The notes beneath the pieces are model-generated. The model was not told where the DNA came from. It ran no database searches and worked only from the letters and a program-made list of their open reading frames with translations. The position numbers and the translations under genes were made by a program. 64,000 nt of DNA from Azolla caroliniana (Eukaryota; Plantae; Polypodiophyta), in NCBI GenBank assembly GCA_043228905.1, contig JBHGNT010000009.1:14446001-14510000 (forward strand), written 5' to 3'. The stretch's first letter is position 1, and the number at the start of each line of letters is the position of its first letter. Positions 36,972-48,299 of this stretch are shown here, piece by piece.

Positions 36972-38927
36972 TGTTGAGAGGACAAGCTCAACCGGAGCCG
37001 GATCGGAGCCTAGAATGAAGAACCAGATAGGTGTCCGGATGGTATCCGGAACCAGGAGCCAGATCGGAGAGCAAGATCGGATTGTAACTAGTAGGCCGTT
37101 AGAGGCCTATGAATCTAGCCTAGCACATAGGCATATTTTTAGGAGTCAGTGTCAGTCGCTCGTATCAGCATTGAAGTACTTGTCAGTCCTTTTAAGGACT
37201 TGTATAAAAGTGCTCAATGCTCACAAAGAACATTGTATGTATAGAGTGTTATTATTTTGAGTTGAGTTTTTTACTGTTCTGCTCTCTCTGTCTCTCCCGT
37301 GTATTCAAGCTTTCCATTAAACCGTTGTTCTGCGTTCTTCTCTTATCAGGACTAGCTAGTTTATTCTTAGCTTCCGCACATTATCTTTCACATGGTATCA
37401 GAGTGTCAGGGTTGAGAATCCTCTGTTGCCAACGAGTGACGCTCATAGACAAACCCTAACACCCGGTAAAGAACTGAGGAATGGCTAGCTCGCTCCCGAC
37501 GGAGAAGCTCAACAGATCCAACTATGCATCCTGCTCATACAAGATGCACCAATACCTGCTTGGGCATGGCTACTGGAGTTATGTCAACGGAGCTAACGAT
37601 ATAGCACCTGATGCGGCACACAAGGACTTCCCGACTTGGGAACAAGCGGCAAGCAGGGTAATGTATTGCTTTGCGTCTAGTGTCGCTGATTAGCTCCTCA
37701 GCCATATCCAAGACGCCAAGACGCTAAAGGAAGCTTGGAGAAACTTGAAAAGGTCTTCTCCGCTAGCACCATGGCCCAGAAGCTGCAACTCAGATAGGAG
37801 TTGAGCAATGTACGATAGAAGGACATGTTGGTCGAAAAGCGGATCAGCCACATCAACTTCCAGAAGCTTCATGAGTTGCAGTCAAAACATGTGGTCTACA
37901 GACTGCCAAAGTTTAGTGGCCGGAAAGGCAAAATCTGTGAAATGTGCCAGCTTGGGAAGCAACATAGACTTCCATTCCCCAAGGAGAAGAATCGGAGCCA
38001 GAATTGGCTTGATCTCATCCATTCGAATGTGTGGGGACCGGCACAAAATGTGAGCATCGGTGGGAGTCGGTATTTCGTCTCCTCCATCGACGATTTCACC
38101 TGGCACACTTGGATCTATCTAATCGAGAAGAAAAACGAAGTCTTCTCATGCTTTCGGGATTTGAAGAACCTTGTTCAATGCGATACTAGAACAAAGATCA
38201 AGTGTCTAAGATCGGATGGCGGAAAAGAATACTTTTCCGGCCAATTTATGACAAAAGGAATAAGACGGGAGTTCTCTTGCAAATACACGTCGGAGCAGAA
38301 ATGCATGGCCAAGCGTCGAAATAGGATGTTGGTAGAAGCGGCAAGGGCGATGCTCAAGGGAAAAGCATGCCCAAGTTTTATTGGGTCGAAGCAATTTGGA
38401 CAATCGTCTACATCCAAAATCGAATATCTTTCTCAGGGACAAAGGTGTCGTCGCATGAACTGTATTTCGAACGGAAGCCGAATTTGGCACACCTTCAGGT
38501 GTTCGGTAACATTGCATATGTGCATGTACCAAAGGAAAAACAAAGTTAGACGCGAAATCCAAAAATAGCATTCTGAGTTATAAGTGTTATAACCCCCAAT
38601 CGAAAGCAATCTGAGTTAGTCGAGATGTCGTGTTTGATGAATCGGCATCTTGGTACTTCTCTCCACCCGAACCCGAGGCGATTTCTGTAGATGATTTGGT
38701 GGAATCCGGAAAAGAGAGAAGCCTCGCGGAATCTAAACAATCAGATAGTCTGACTTCTCTCCAGATTAGTGGACCGAATCGGAACTGGTCGAGCTAGAGT
38801 GGTCAACCAAATGATGAGCCGGCGAGTAGGGAAGACTCAGTCGTGCTCTCACCGCGCAAGGAACTGAGGAGACGGTTCACGCGCAAAGAAAAGGGGAAGA
38901 AGAAGATGCCAGAGTACGACACCGGCA
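36972..38927 (+). mobile_element. Internally deleted Ty1/Copia copy: 5' LTR 36972-37392, iMet PBS 37393-37404, gag start fused to integrase
   Basis: TGTTGAGAGGACAAGCTC..TTTCACA then TGGTATCAGAG; MASSLPTEKLNRSNY (37481); a jump at ~37835 to KRISHINF..CEMCQLGKQH..LRSDGGKEY. Confidence 0.88.
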
Positions 38928-39100
38928 TAGCGAGCTAGCCATTCCTCTATCCATCACTTCTCTTTCTGTTATTACCGGGTCTTAGGGTTTGTCTTCAGAT
39001 GTTGATGTCGGCTACAGAGGTTCTCAGCCCTCGCGCTCTAATACCATGTAAAAACGAAGGTGCGGAAGCGTCAGACAAATCGGCTCCTCCAGATAGCAAC

Positions 39101-39148
<48 letters not shown>

Positions 39149-39524
39149 TGTGTGTGTGTGTGTGTGTGTGAGTGAGAAACACAGAGTGTACACGGGAGAG
39201 ATAGAGAATGAGCAGAACGTTAAAAATCTATTACAAGACAATAATAGTTCACTCTCCCTCAATACAACATGCTTCAACAGCACTATTTATACAAGTCCTA
39301 AGAGGACTGACAGAAGTACGGTGTACTTCAATGCTCACACGAGCGTCTGACACTAACTACGAGTCATTAACTACCTAGCAGTCTAGGCTGCTACTAGGCT
39401 TCTGGTTATTGTTGGATCCGGCTAACCGGATCCCCAACTCATCGACTCACTTGCTCACCGGCTCACCGATCCGGCTCATCCTTCAGGATGCCGATACGGA
39501 TCCGGTTGAGCTTGCTGCTCAACA
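38928..39524 (-). mobile_element. 5' end of another copy of the same Copia family (LTR 39047-39524, degenerate iMet PBS, gag ATG 38942)
   Basis: Minus strand TGTTGAGCAGCAAGCTC..TTTTTACA then TGGTATTAGAGCG; ATGGCTAGCTCGCT; (AG)n(TG)n tract in the LTR. Confidence 0.82.
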
Positions 39525-39776
39525 TAAGTTAATGAAGAGAGAGGGTGACTCTATATAAAGCACCCTCCTCATACTTCATACTAAGTCGGTTGTGACTCCT
39601 TGTAATGCTACATTTTCATTTATCATATTCTCCTTGTTAATATACATCTCCTTCTTCTTGAGTACTTCATTTTGTCTCTTATCCATCTTGTGTTTCTCTC
39701 CTCTCCTCTTTCCTCTCACACATACACATAACACACATCTCTTCCGCTACACAAGAATCACCATTGATTCTTTACA
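39525..39776 (+). repeat. Right half of a Copia-1/J-family LTR (solo or 3' LTR), split by the 39047-39524 element
   Basis: Matches ~46193-46437 (GTTAATGAAGAGAGAGGGTGACT..TATAAAGCACCCTCC..GATTCTTTACA); no PBS follows. Confidence 0.85.
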
Positions 39777-39789
39777 AAAATAAATAAAA

Positions 39790-39890
39790 AATAAGCCATC
39801 ATGTAGGGGTGAGGAATAAAGCCATCATGCAGGAATGAGGAATAAAGCCATCATCCAGGGGCGAGGAGTAAATCCATCACGCAGGCGGAA
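39790..39890 (+). repeat. 26-bp tandem repeat x4 (AATAAAGCCATCATGCAGGRRTGAGG-like)
   Basis: Four diverged units seen directly. Confidence 0.85.
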
Positions 39891-40212
39891 AAATAATAAT
39901 AATAATAAAAGAGAAAAATGAAGGCCATTAAAAAATGAACGAAAACCTCGAAACGGTGTGATGCTAGCCATTTAAAGCACACCACACGTCACACAGCCAC
40001 TATTAAAGCACACGACATGCATGCGCGAGAATCGAGAAAAGGCGGTAAAGATGGGAACATAAAACCTCTGCATGAAAGAGTCTCTCTCATTTCACGAACA
40101 CAGAGCACTTAGCACACAAAGGCAAATACGGGTGATTAGGCGAACACAAGAAGCTACCACAAGCACACCAAAGCTCTCCACTACCACTGAAACAGACGAC
40201 ACACTGGAGCCG

Positions 40213-42927
40213 ATGGCACTTTCCGAGATTGCCAAGAAATGGTTCACTCAACATAGCTTGGAGGGCTTCCTACGGATAGCAGAGGTTGCTCTGCACGAAG
40301 AAATGGAAAAGGTCGCGAAGAAGATCGACCTAGAAGTAATCATGGAGGAAGCTATCCGCACGTTAATCGGATTGCCGGAGGGAGGGATCTACTCCATTGA
40401 GAATCCTTCCCCAGAGACGCTGACGAAGTTCTTCCGGGAGTACTCCCTAGCTAGAAAAGCATACCGGACACAGGACGGCAACGACGCCTTGTTCCGATAA
40501 GTAGCTCGTGTGCTCCACGAGTATGGGTTCGTGCACCCCCGACCCCCGGCAATGCCAAAGAACAAAGTCGGATTCATCATCGCCACATACGAAGGAGTAA
40601 AGGTGGATTGATCGGTAATCATCGTTGATTGTTTGCACGCGGCCATACAATCGGTGGTAGACGGCAAGAAGGTGTGGATAGCAGTGGCTCAATGGCTCAC
40701 TCTCTTGGTACCGCCGATGCTGACATTAAAGGCAAAGACGCGGGGCCGAATGACCGATATGACGCCAAACAAGCCCTCGAAACAGCAACAACTCCTTGCC
40801 AAGCACACTCTCGGTTGGACAGAGGGAGGCTCATCAAAGAAAGAAAAGGAGTAGCCCAGTTGGAAGCGGCAGGTGGAGACAGAGGCACCGATGGAGCAAC
40901 TAGTTAGGCCTCTTAAAATCAAATTGCATCGGCAAGAGCAAGAGCTGCCTAACTTGGCTCAAGGGATAAACATGGGAACCCAAAAGGAGGAGGCGGAGGA
41001 AGAACCTATCGACACTCTCCTACGTCACCAGAAGAGAAGCAACGCGGAGCAAAAAGGGGATGAATCGGGTCCGGTAAAGTATAGCACACTGACGCCCCAC
41101 TCTGAGGGACCAGAGTCAAGAAAGGAAATGGAGCCTGTTCGGCCAGTAACGGTAACAAAAGTACCAATCTCACCGGGTCGACAGGCACAGCAAGAGAAGG
41201 AGTTGCCGCTAGAGACAACATTACAACAATGGTTTGTGGTGAGAGCAGAGCCAACACCACAACCGGAACCGGCAAGGCAACAAGGCACCAGCAGTCAATG
41301 GTTGCGATGGATCAGAGAGCAGGTGACCGAGGTTGTAAGCCAAATTGAAGCAGAAGAGAGAGCACAACGAGATCGGTTGTTTGCCACAACTGAAGAACTC
41401 GAGAAGGCCCGTTCAAGCATCCGGAGCATGGAGGAAGAAGTTGAGAAGGTCAAAGCAGACATGGCCAGACAGGTCAGTCCGGGGCCGATAGGACCAGAAC
41501 CAGTGGCGTCAGTGACTGAACATATATATAACATGCCGGTAGCTCCTACAGCACCGGACACAAGTATTATACAGGAGCAAGAACTCTCCACTCTCAAGGA
41601 GGAGTTAGAAGCCCAGGAGGCCATGAGGGCTAGAGAACGAGAGCAGAAGAAGACAACGGAGGAGGAGAAATGAAGAATCGAAGAAAACCCCTGGAAAAGC
41701 TGCCAATTAAATGACCGGTTGAAGGAAGAAAAGGAGGTGCTGCTACAAGAGAAGGATAAGCTCCTGCGATCAGTGGAAACCGAAATTAAGCGGCTCAAAG
41801 AAGAACTCTGGCAGCAGAAAGACTGGGAAGACCGCACCCGACGCCAAATAAACCAAAAGTTGAAGCAGAAGACAGAGGATCACAAGCATTTGGATGCAGA
41901 GCACAAGAAGTTGATTGCAGAAGGTGACCGACAGTAGGAGAAGCTAAGGAAACTCCAGAATGAGATCAACAAAGCGACGGAGGCAGTGGCGGAAGAGCGG
42001 ACCAAGGCGGTCGACATGGCAAAAGCATTGGAAGAACCGGTAAGGGACCAGTTGGAGCTCACCCGACAGCATTATGGGGAGATGGAACGAGATAAAATGG
42101 CGTTGAACAGAGTTCAGACAACTTATCAAACTCAATTGTTGGAATATGAGGGATAAGCACAGGTAAGAGCGAGCCTGATAAAGAAGTTAAAGGAGGAAAA
42201 GCAGGCTGCGGAGGACAAATCCAGGATGGGGCTGGGTCGGATCCGCGCCATTGTGCTAGCATGGAAAGAAAGGACAAAGAGTATGATTGGTGAAAGTTCA
42301 GTGCAACGGTGGTCAAAATGGGCACAACAGGCAGCACAATTACAAACGATGCGAGCGGACGCGGAAAACCAGAGAAAGGACGGTGACAACTTCTACAATA
42401 TGGATGCGGAGAGCATTGTGACTATCTGGGAGGAGTTGTTGAACGATTTCTTGTCCCTGGCAGGGGAACAATTGGCGGCTATAAGGCGGCTGGTAGAAGA
42501 GTTGGATGATGACCAGCTTGGCACTCAACTCCAGTTCGAACAATACGAACAGGAGCGAAGACGGCAGATAGCATCACAAATGTCAACGGCAATTACCATC
42601 AGTGACGGAGAGCAATCTCCAGAGCAGCCACCGAATGTAGCCGGGACTGGAGGAGGCCAGCCAAATGAAGCCCAAGTAGACCAGCCGGAAGAAGTCGGAC
42701 CGGAGGAGCCATACAAAGGCCCAGTGCAGCACTAGAAGGAGCCAAGGACAGAGGAGCTAGAGCCAGAAGCGTAGAGACCAGTAGAGCCGGAAACGAATAG
42801 AACCAGAGAGGAAGAGCAGGCCGGAGACCATCAACAACATCAGAGACTACAACCAGAGGAGCAACTGCCCGATGAACCATTGGAACCCCTAGACCAGAGC
42901 ATTCTAAACATTTTGGAGGATGCATGA
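40213..42927 (+). pseudogene. ~905-codon additional ORF of element I (N-terminal globular region, long coiled-coil, acidic tail); function unknown
   Basis: ORF-track pieces starting 40072, 40633, 40873, 41719 and 42226 are all in one frame, separated only by single stop codons; the frame ends ..SILNILEDA* at 42927. Confidence 0.78.
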
Positions 42928-43398
42928 AGGGGCTAACCGTGGGTTCGACGTACAATATATTGTTCCACGGGCACGCCATGTGTTGGCCGGTTAGGCCATA
43001 GTATCAAAGGGGAGCCGGTTTTGGGAGTTGTAATTAGATCAATTATGATAATAGGACGGAAGGATCCGAAATCGGTATGCCGATCCGGATCTGGACCGAT
43101 TCGTAGCTGGTTGCTAGTTGGCACTAGTTTGTAACACGGCGGGATACCTATAAAAGGATCCGGAGACAATGTAATTAACAACGGATAATGAATAGAGAAG
43201 TGATGTGTCTTTACATATTGTTTATCTTGTTAATGTCGTTCTGTGCTTAATGTGATTATCATACGCGTGTATCAAGTTAATCATTTCCGAATAGTAACCG
43301 GGAAGGATCGGTTCGGTATTACGCTCTGCACATTCCTTGCCGTACCACCCCTTTGGTGACACCTTGTGTTAGGGGCTTGTCCAGCCCAATGACCAACA

Positions 43399-46300
43399 AG
43401 GCCGACATGTACAATGTCTTCGGTCAGATGGAGGCAAGGATTACTTCTCCGATGAATTTTCGTCTTTTCTACGAAAAGAAGGAATTCGACAAGAATTTTC
43501 ATGTCAACATACGCCACAACAAAACGGAGTGGTTGAACGAAAGAATCAGCACATCCTCAAAGTAGCACGAGCCATGATGAACAAAAAGCACCTACCGAAG
43601 TCGTCCTGGGCAGAAGCAGCTAACACGGCCATATACCTCATGAATCGGTGTACGATATCGGGTGTGCATGAACTTACTCCGCAAGAGAAGTTTTTCGAAA
43701 AGAAGTCGGACCTATCACATGTTCGGATATTCGGCTCCATTGCCTATGTGCACATCCCCAACGAGAAGCGACAAAAGCTCGACTTGAAGTCGGAGAAATG
43801 TATCCTCGTAAGATACTGACTAGAGCAAAAGGGGTACAAGTGCTATAACCCCTCAACTCGAAAATCCCAAGTCGAGACGTCGTTTTCGACGAGTCCACAT
43901 CTTAGTACGCACCAAAGACAACTTCGACTCTGATTCCGCTCGACCCGGAATACGCCGAAATAGAGATAGAAGCCGAAGATCGGCTCACGCGCATGTTCGA
44001 AGAAAGGCCGATTACGACAAGGTTTAGTGGGCCACAAGAGCCTCTGAGCAATCAAAGCACATCTCAGCGGAGTCCGAAGCGGGACAAAGGGAAGGCGAAA
44101 ATGTTGGAGTATGAAGACGATCACTTCGACGGCAACAAATCGACTGACTCCCTGGATAGTGAGTTCGAAGGCCTTGACATCCGGAAAAATGGAGCGAAGA
44201 AAGCCTTCGTATCCGCAAACGAGAAGCTCCGTCAATCCACCCGTGAAAAGAACCTCGTAACCCGATTCGGCGACAACAATTATATGGCGTACCATTACAC
44301 CTTTATGATGAAAGTAGCGATAGTACAGGAGCCAGAAACGTTTTCCGAAGCCGCGAAGGACCCCAGATGGGTTGAAGCGATAAATGAGGAGATGCAAGCA
44401 CTCTCCAAAAACAAGACATGGGATCTTGTCCCCCAGTCACCACACAAGAAGGCGATCGGCTGCAGATGGATCTACAAGGTGAAGAATAACGCCGACGGCT
44501 CCGTAAATCGCTACAAAGCTTGAGTCGTAGCAAAAGGATACGCACCGACGCATGGAGTCGACTATGAAGAAACCTTTCCCCCGGTGGCAAAGATGACAAC
44601 TGTGTGGACCGTGATCACACTTGTAATGGCGAAAGGGTGGCACCTCCACCATATGGACGTCAAGAATGCCTTTCTTCAAGGAGAATTAGAAGAGAGTGTA
44701 CATGGTACAACCACCCGGCTTCGAATTGCGTACTCATCCGAAAGCCATGTGCCGACTCAAGAAGCCACTCTATGGCCTCAAGCAAGCACCACGTGCTTGG
44801 CATTCGAAGATTACGCAATATCTTCATCAAATTGTCTTTCAAATGTCGAAATTCGACAACTCCCTCTACGTACGAAACGACTCTAGAAGCTCAATTGTCA
44901 TCATCCTATACGTGCATGATTTGTTCATTGGAGGAGAAAGTTTAGTCGACATCAACAAGGTGAAATCCCTCCACTCTAACAAATTCGAGATGATGGACAT
45001 GAAGGAACTTCATTACTTCCTAGGCATCGAAGTAATTTGGATTCCGACCTGCATTATGATCTCTCAACGACACTATATTCTCAACTTAGTATACAAGTTC
45101 GGGATGACAGAGTGCAAATCTGTGTCAACCCCTCTCAATCGAAACCTCAAACTAGATGCCGACTCCGACACAGACGAGTGCAAGCCGACTCAATATCGAC
45201 AACTGATCAGGAGCCTCATCTATCTCATGATCGCGCAACCCGACCTCAACTATCTGGCCGACCTCCTTAGCCAATTCATGCAAACTCCACAACATATCTT
45301 CGATTGCGCTAAGCGAGTATTACGATATGTGAGTGGCACAATGGATTACGACATTCTTTACACATCAGCCACACCAATTTGACTCAAAGGGTACACGGAT
45401 GCAGACTGGGCTGGCTACAAAGCCGATCGACGATTGACCTCTGGTTTTGTCTTCTCCCTCGGTAGCGGAGCAATATCTTGGAGTAGAAGGAAGCATCCTA
45501 CCCTTGCACTTTCGAGTACGGAGGCCGAATACATGGGCGCAGCCGTAGCTGCATGTGAAGCTGTATGGCTCAACAGGATTTTGAAGGAATTGGGCGTTAC
45601 CATCAAATATCTAACTCCCATTTACTGCGACAACATGAGCAGTATATATCTGGCTCGGAACCCGGTGTTCCACCCATGCACAAAGCATATCGAAGTGCAC
45701 TACCACTTCATTCGAGAGCATGTTCAGGCTAGAGATGTCGATCTTCTACACATCAACAAGAATCTTCAGACATCCAACATCTTCACCAAGGCCCTAGGAG
45801 CCGACAAGCTTCGGCAATTCATGTCAGAACTTGGATTGACGATCCTTGACTTGCCAAGCTTGAGGGGGAGTACAAGAGAGAACCGGATATCGTCTGAACT
45901 GGGTACGAGCCAAAGTGGACATCGAAGATCGTTCGAAGCAGACATCAACCGAAAGGAACCGACCCGAGTTGAGCTTGAGGGGGGCGTGTTGAGAATCAAG
46001 CTCAAAATAGTGCAACGTGTGAACACACCTTTTGAGAATCTATGATTACTCAAAGGTCAAGACTCACACCACTACTCTCTACACATTAACTATGTGTCAT
46101 AGAATCATATTCTATGACACATAACTAATGAGTTACATATTCCCCATGACTATGAGTCTTCACATTCCCCAAGAGAGAGTGGTTGTTGTAGTTAGTTAAT
46201 GAAGAGAGAGGGTGACTATATATAAAGCACCCTCCGCATACTTCATATTAAGTTGGTTGTGACTCCTTGTAATGCTACATTTTGTATTTGCTATTCTACT

Positions 46301-46437
46301 TGTGAATATACACCTTCTTCTTGAGTATTCCTTTTTCTATCTATCTTGTGTTCTCTCTTCTCTCCTCTAATTCTTCTCACACATACACATAACACACATC
46401 TCTTCCGCTACACAAGAATCATACCCGATTCTTTACA
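43399..46437 (+). mobile_element. Ty1/Copia element J, 3' half (INT-RT-RH, PPT, 3' LTR 45987-46437); same family as Copia-1
   Basis: CLRSDGGKDYF, VERKNQHIL, KKAIGCRWIYKVK, HMDVKNAFL, LYGLKQAPRAW, GYTDADWAG, STEAEY, CDNMSSI; PPT GAGGGGGGCG before TGTTGAG. Confidence 0.94.
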
Positions 46438-46899
46438 TGCCACAATGGAAATACCACATCATACTCCATGCAATTGTGAAATCCTTGAGGGATTGCATTA
46501 ACAAACAATTACTCGCTTTCCTAATTAAGAATTAGGTTTGTCAAAGTTTAATAAAAAACTATTAGGTAAGAAACATATTGGGTTATCTCAATTAATTTGA
46601 TAATTACTAAAACACAAATTATAACACGAGCTTGTTTCTCATATATGTTTGGCCTATAACCAATGTTCTAGATTCGCTAATATTACACCTCGGAAGGATC
46701 TTGATATATAGAGAGACTTGGTATGTAGGAGAGACTATATGGGGAGACTAAGGGAGAGACTTCGTATGTAGGAATTTGTAAAAGAGAGACTGAGTATGTA
46801 AAGACATGGCAAACATACAAGAATTAGCATGCTTGACTCCATGTGCATAAAGAGTTTATCTTCCTTATTGAAATCAATGAAAACAACACCAGTTACAGA

Positions 46900-48061
46900 T
46901 TATAATATAAGACAGGCCCAGAGGTTGCTATGATGGAACCCCCATGGAAGTTGTGGGTCTACGGTTGTCGTCTCCTCATGGAACTAGAGTAGGACCCAGG
47001 GGATTTCAGGTGGAAAAACGGCGGCAAACTACGCCACTTCTTTGATTACAACACTAAATTGGATCGAACAATACAACTGCAAGTGGACGGTTCCCTTCTC
47101 AATGGCTGGCGGACATTGGGCATCATAGACGAGGTGCTTAGTACCTTTTGGAAGGGTCTCTAGCATCTCTAGGTGCCTCAGAAGATCAAGTTAATTTGGT
47201 GGCAGATCGGCCATAACGTGGTCCCCGTTGGCAAATGGCTAGGGAAACGTGGTGGCCCGATAGGTTGCCCACTTTGTTTTTCACCTATTGAGACATTAAG
47301 ACGTTGTTTGTGGGATTTCCCTCAAGCCCAAAGGGTATGGGATAGAGGGACTCGCCTCCTTGCTTCATGTGAGGTGGAAGGAACTGCATCATGGAGCGCT
47401 ATGGCTTGGATCGATCTCTCGACTGATAGTTGGACGGACACATTCAATGCAGACAGTTAGTGTTATGAATGCATGAGAGGTAAAGTCGTCAAGACCCGAT
47501 TTGAGAGAGGCTTCACCCTTGGTTCTGGGAGATTTAGATGTTGACCGCAAGCTTCACTCTCTAGTATGTATGGAACGCATGTTGTCTAAAGGTCTTCCAA
47601 GATCGGGTACGCTCCCTAGAGGAATTGATCATGGATATCTTATTTGTGATTATCAACTGCCTTCGTGGGAAATTGGACGAGGTTTACAGCCACTCCAATG
47701 ATATGGTCACTGCCTGTTTGTGCTTCTGGCAGAAATGGTGGAACACACCGATGGTGACGCAACGGGGAAACAGCCCGAGGTGGAACTACCAAGCCCCACC
47801 ACGTTGGTTGTTTCCTGCTCTCCTCCCTCTGTTGTAGGTCATAGGATTCAGTTCGTACGGGTCGGTGCTGAAGGATACCATTTATATATTTAGGTATCTA
47901 TTTACATTAAGTAGATGCCCCAATTTATGTACATAGTCTCATATTCTTGAACTCAGTCGACGAGTGATTCCCCAATTTATGCAAAAGTCACCATGTATAA
48001 TCATTCTGCAATAATCTCTCCTAACTAATGGGAAAGTAGCTTCTTTTTGGGGGGAAAAAAA
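46900..48061 (+). mobile_element. L1-like LINE 3' fragment (zf-RVT region), degraded
   Basis: PQKIKLIWWQIGHNVVPV..CPLCFSPIETLRRCLWDFPQAQRVW; short A-tract at 48055-48061. Confidence 0.7.
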
Positions 48062-48299
48062 GTGTCTTATGTTTTTGGATGTAGTCAAGGATAAGAAAAT
48101 TTATCAAAAGCATTTTCATAAGTACAAATGACTTATTTAAATAAAGAGAAGAATATGGCACTCAACAATTTCTCCAAACACAAGAGCACATGCATGTGCT
48201 AAAATTCATGGAAATCTAAAGGAGAAACATGTCCAGAGTTATGATGACTTCACTTTTATGGACATGCATGTCCATGCATTGTAAGAACTTATATGAGGT

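Larger units (their letters stand above)
39777..43398 (+). mobile_element. 3' half of Gypsy element I (relative of D): tandem repeats, long extra ORF, 3' LTR 42981-43398; inserted in the integrase of Copia J
   Basis: 418-bp LTR with TGTTGG/CCAACA ends shares GTGACACCTTGTGTTAGG..CTTGTCC with the D LTR. Copia integrase resumes at 43399. Confidence 0.72.

Noticed and set aside
39525-39776. 5' LTR of Copia J
   Set aside because: No PBS follows the CA end and non-Copia sequence starts at once; a solo or 3' LTR inserted into element I is simpler, though a deletion is not excluded.
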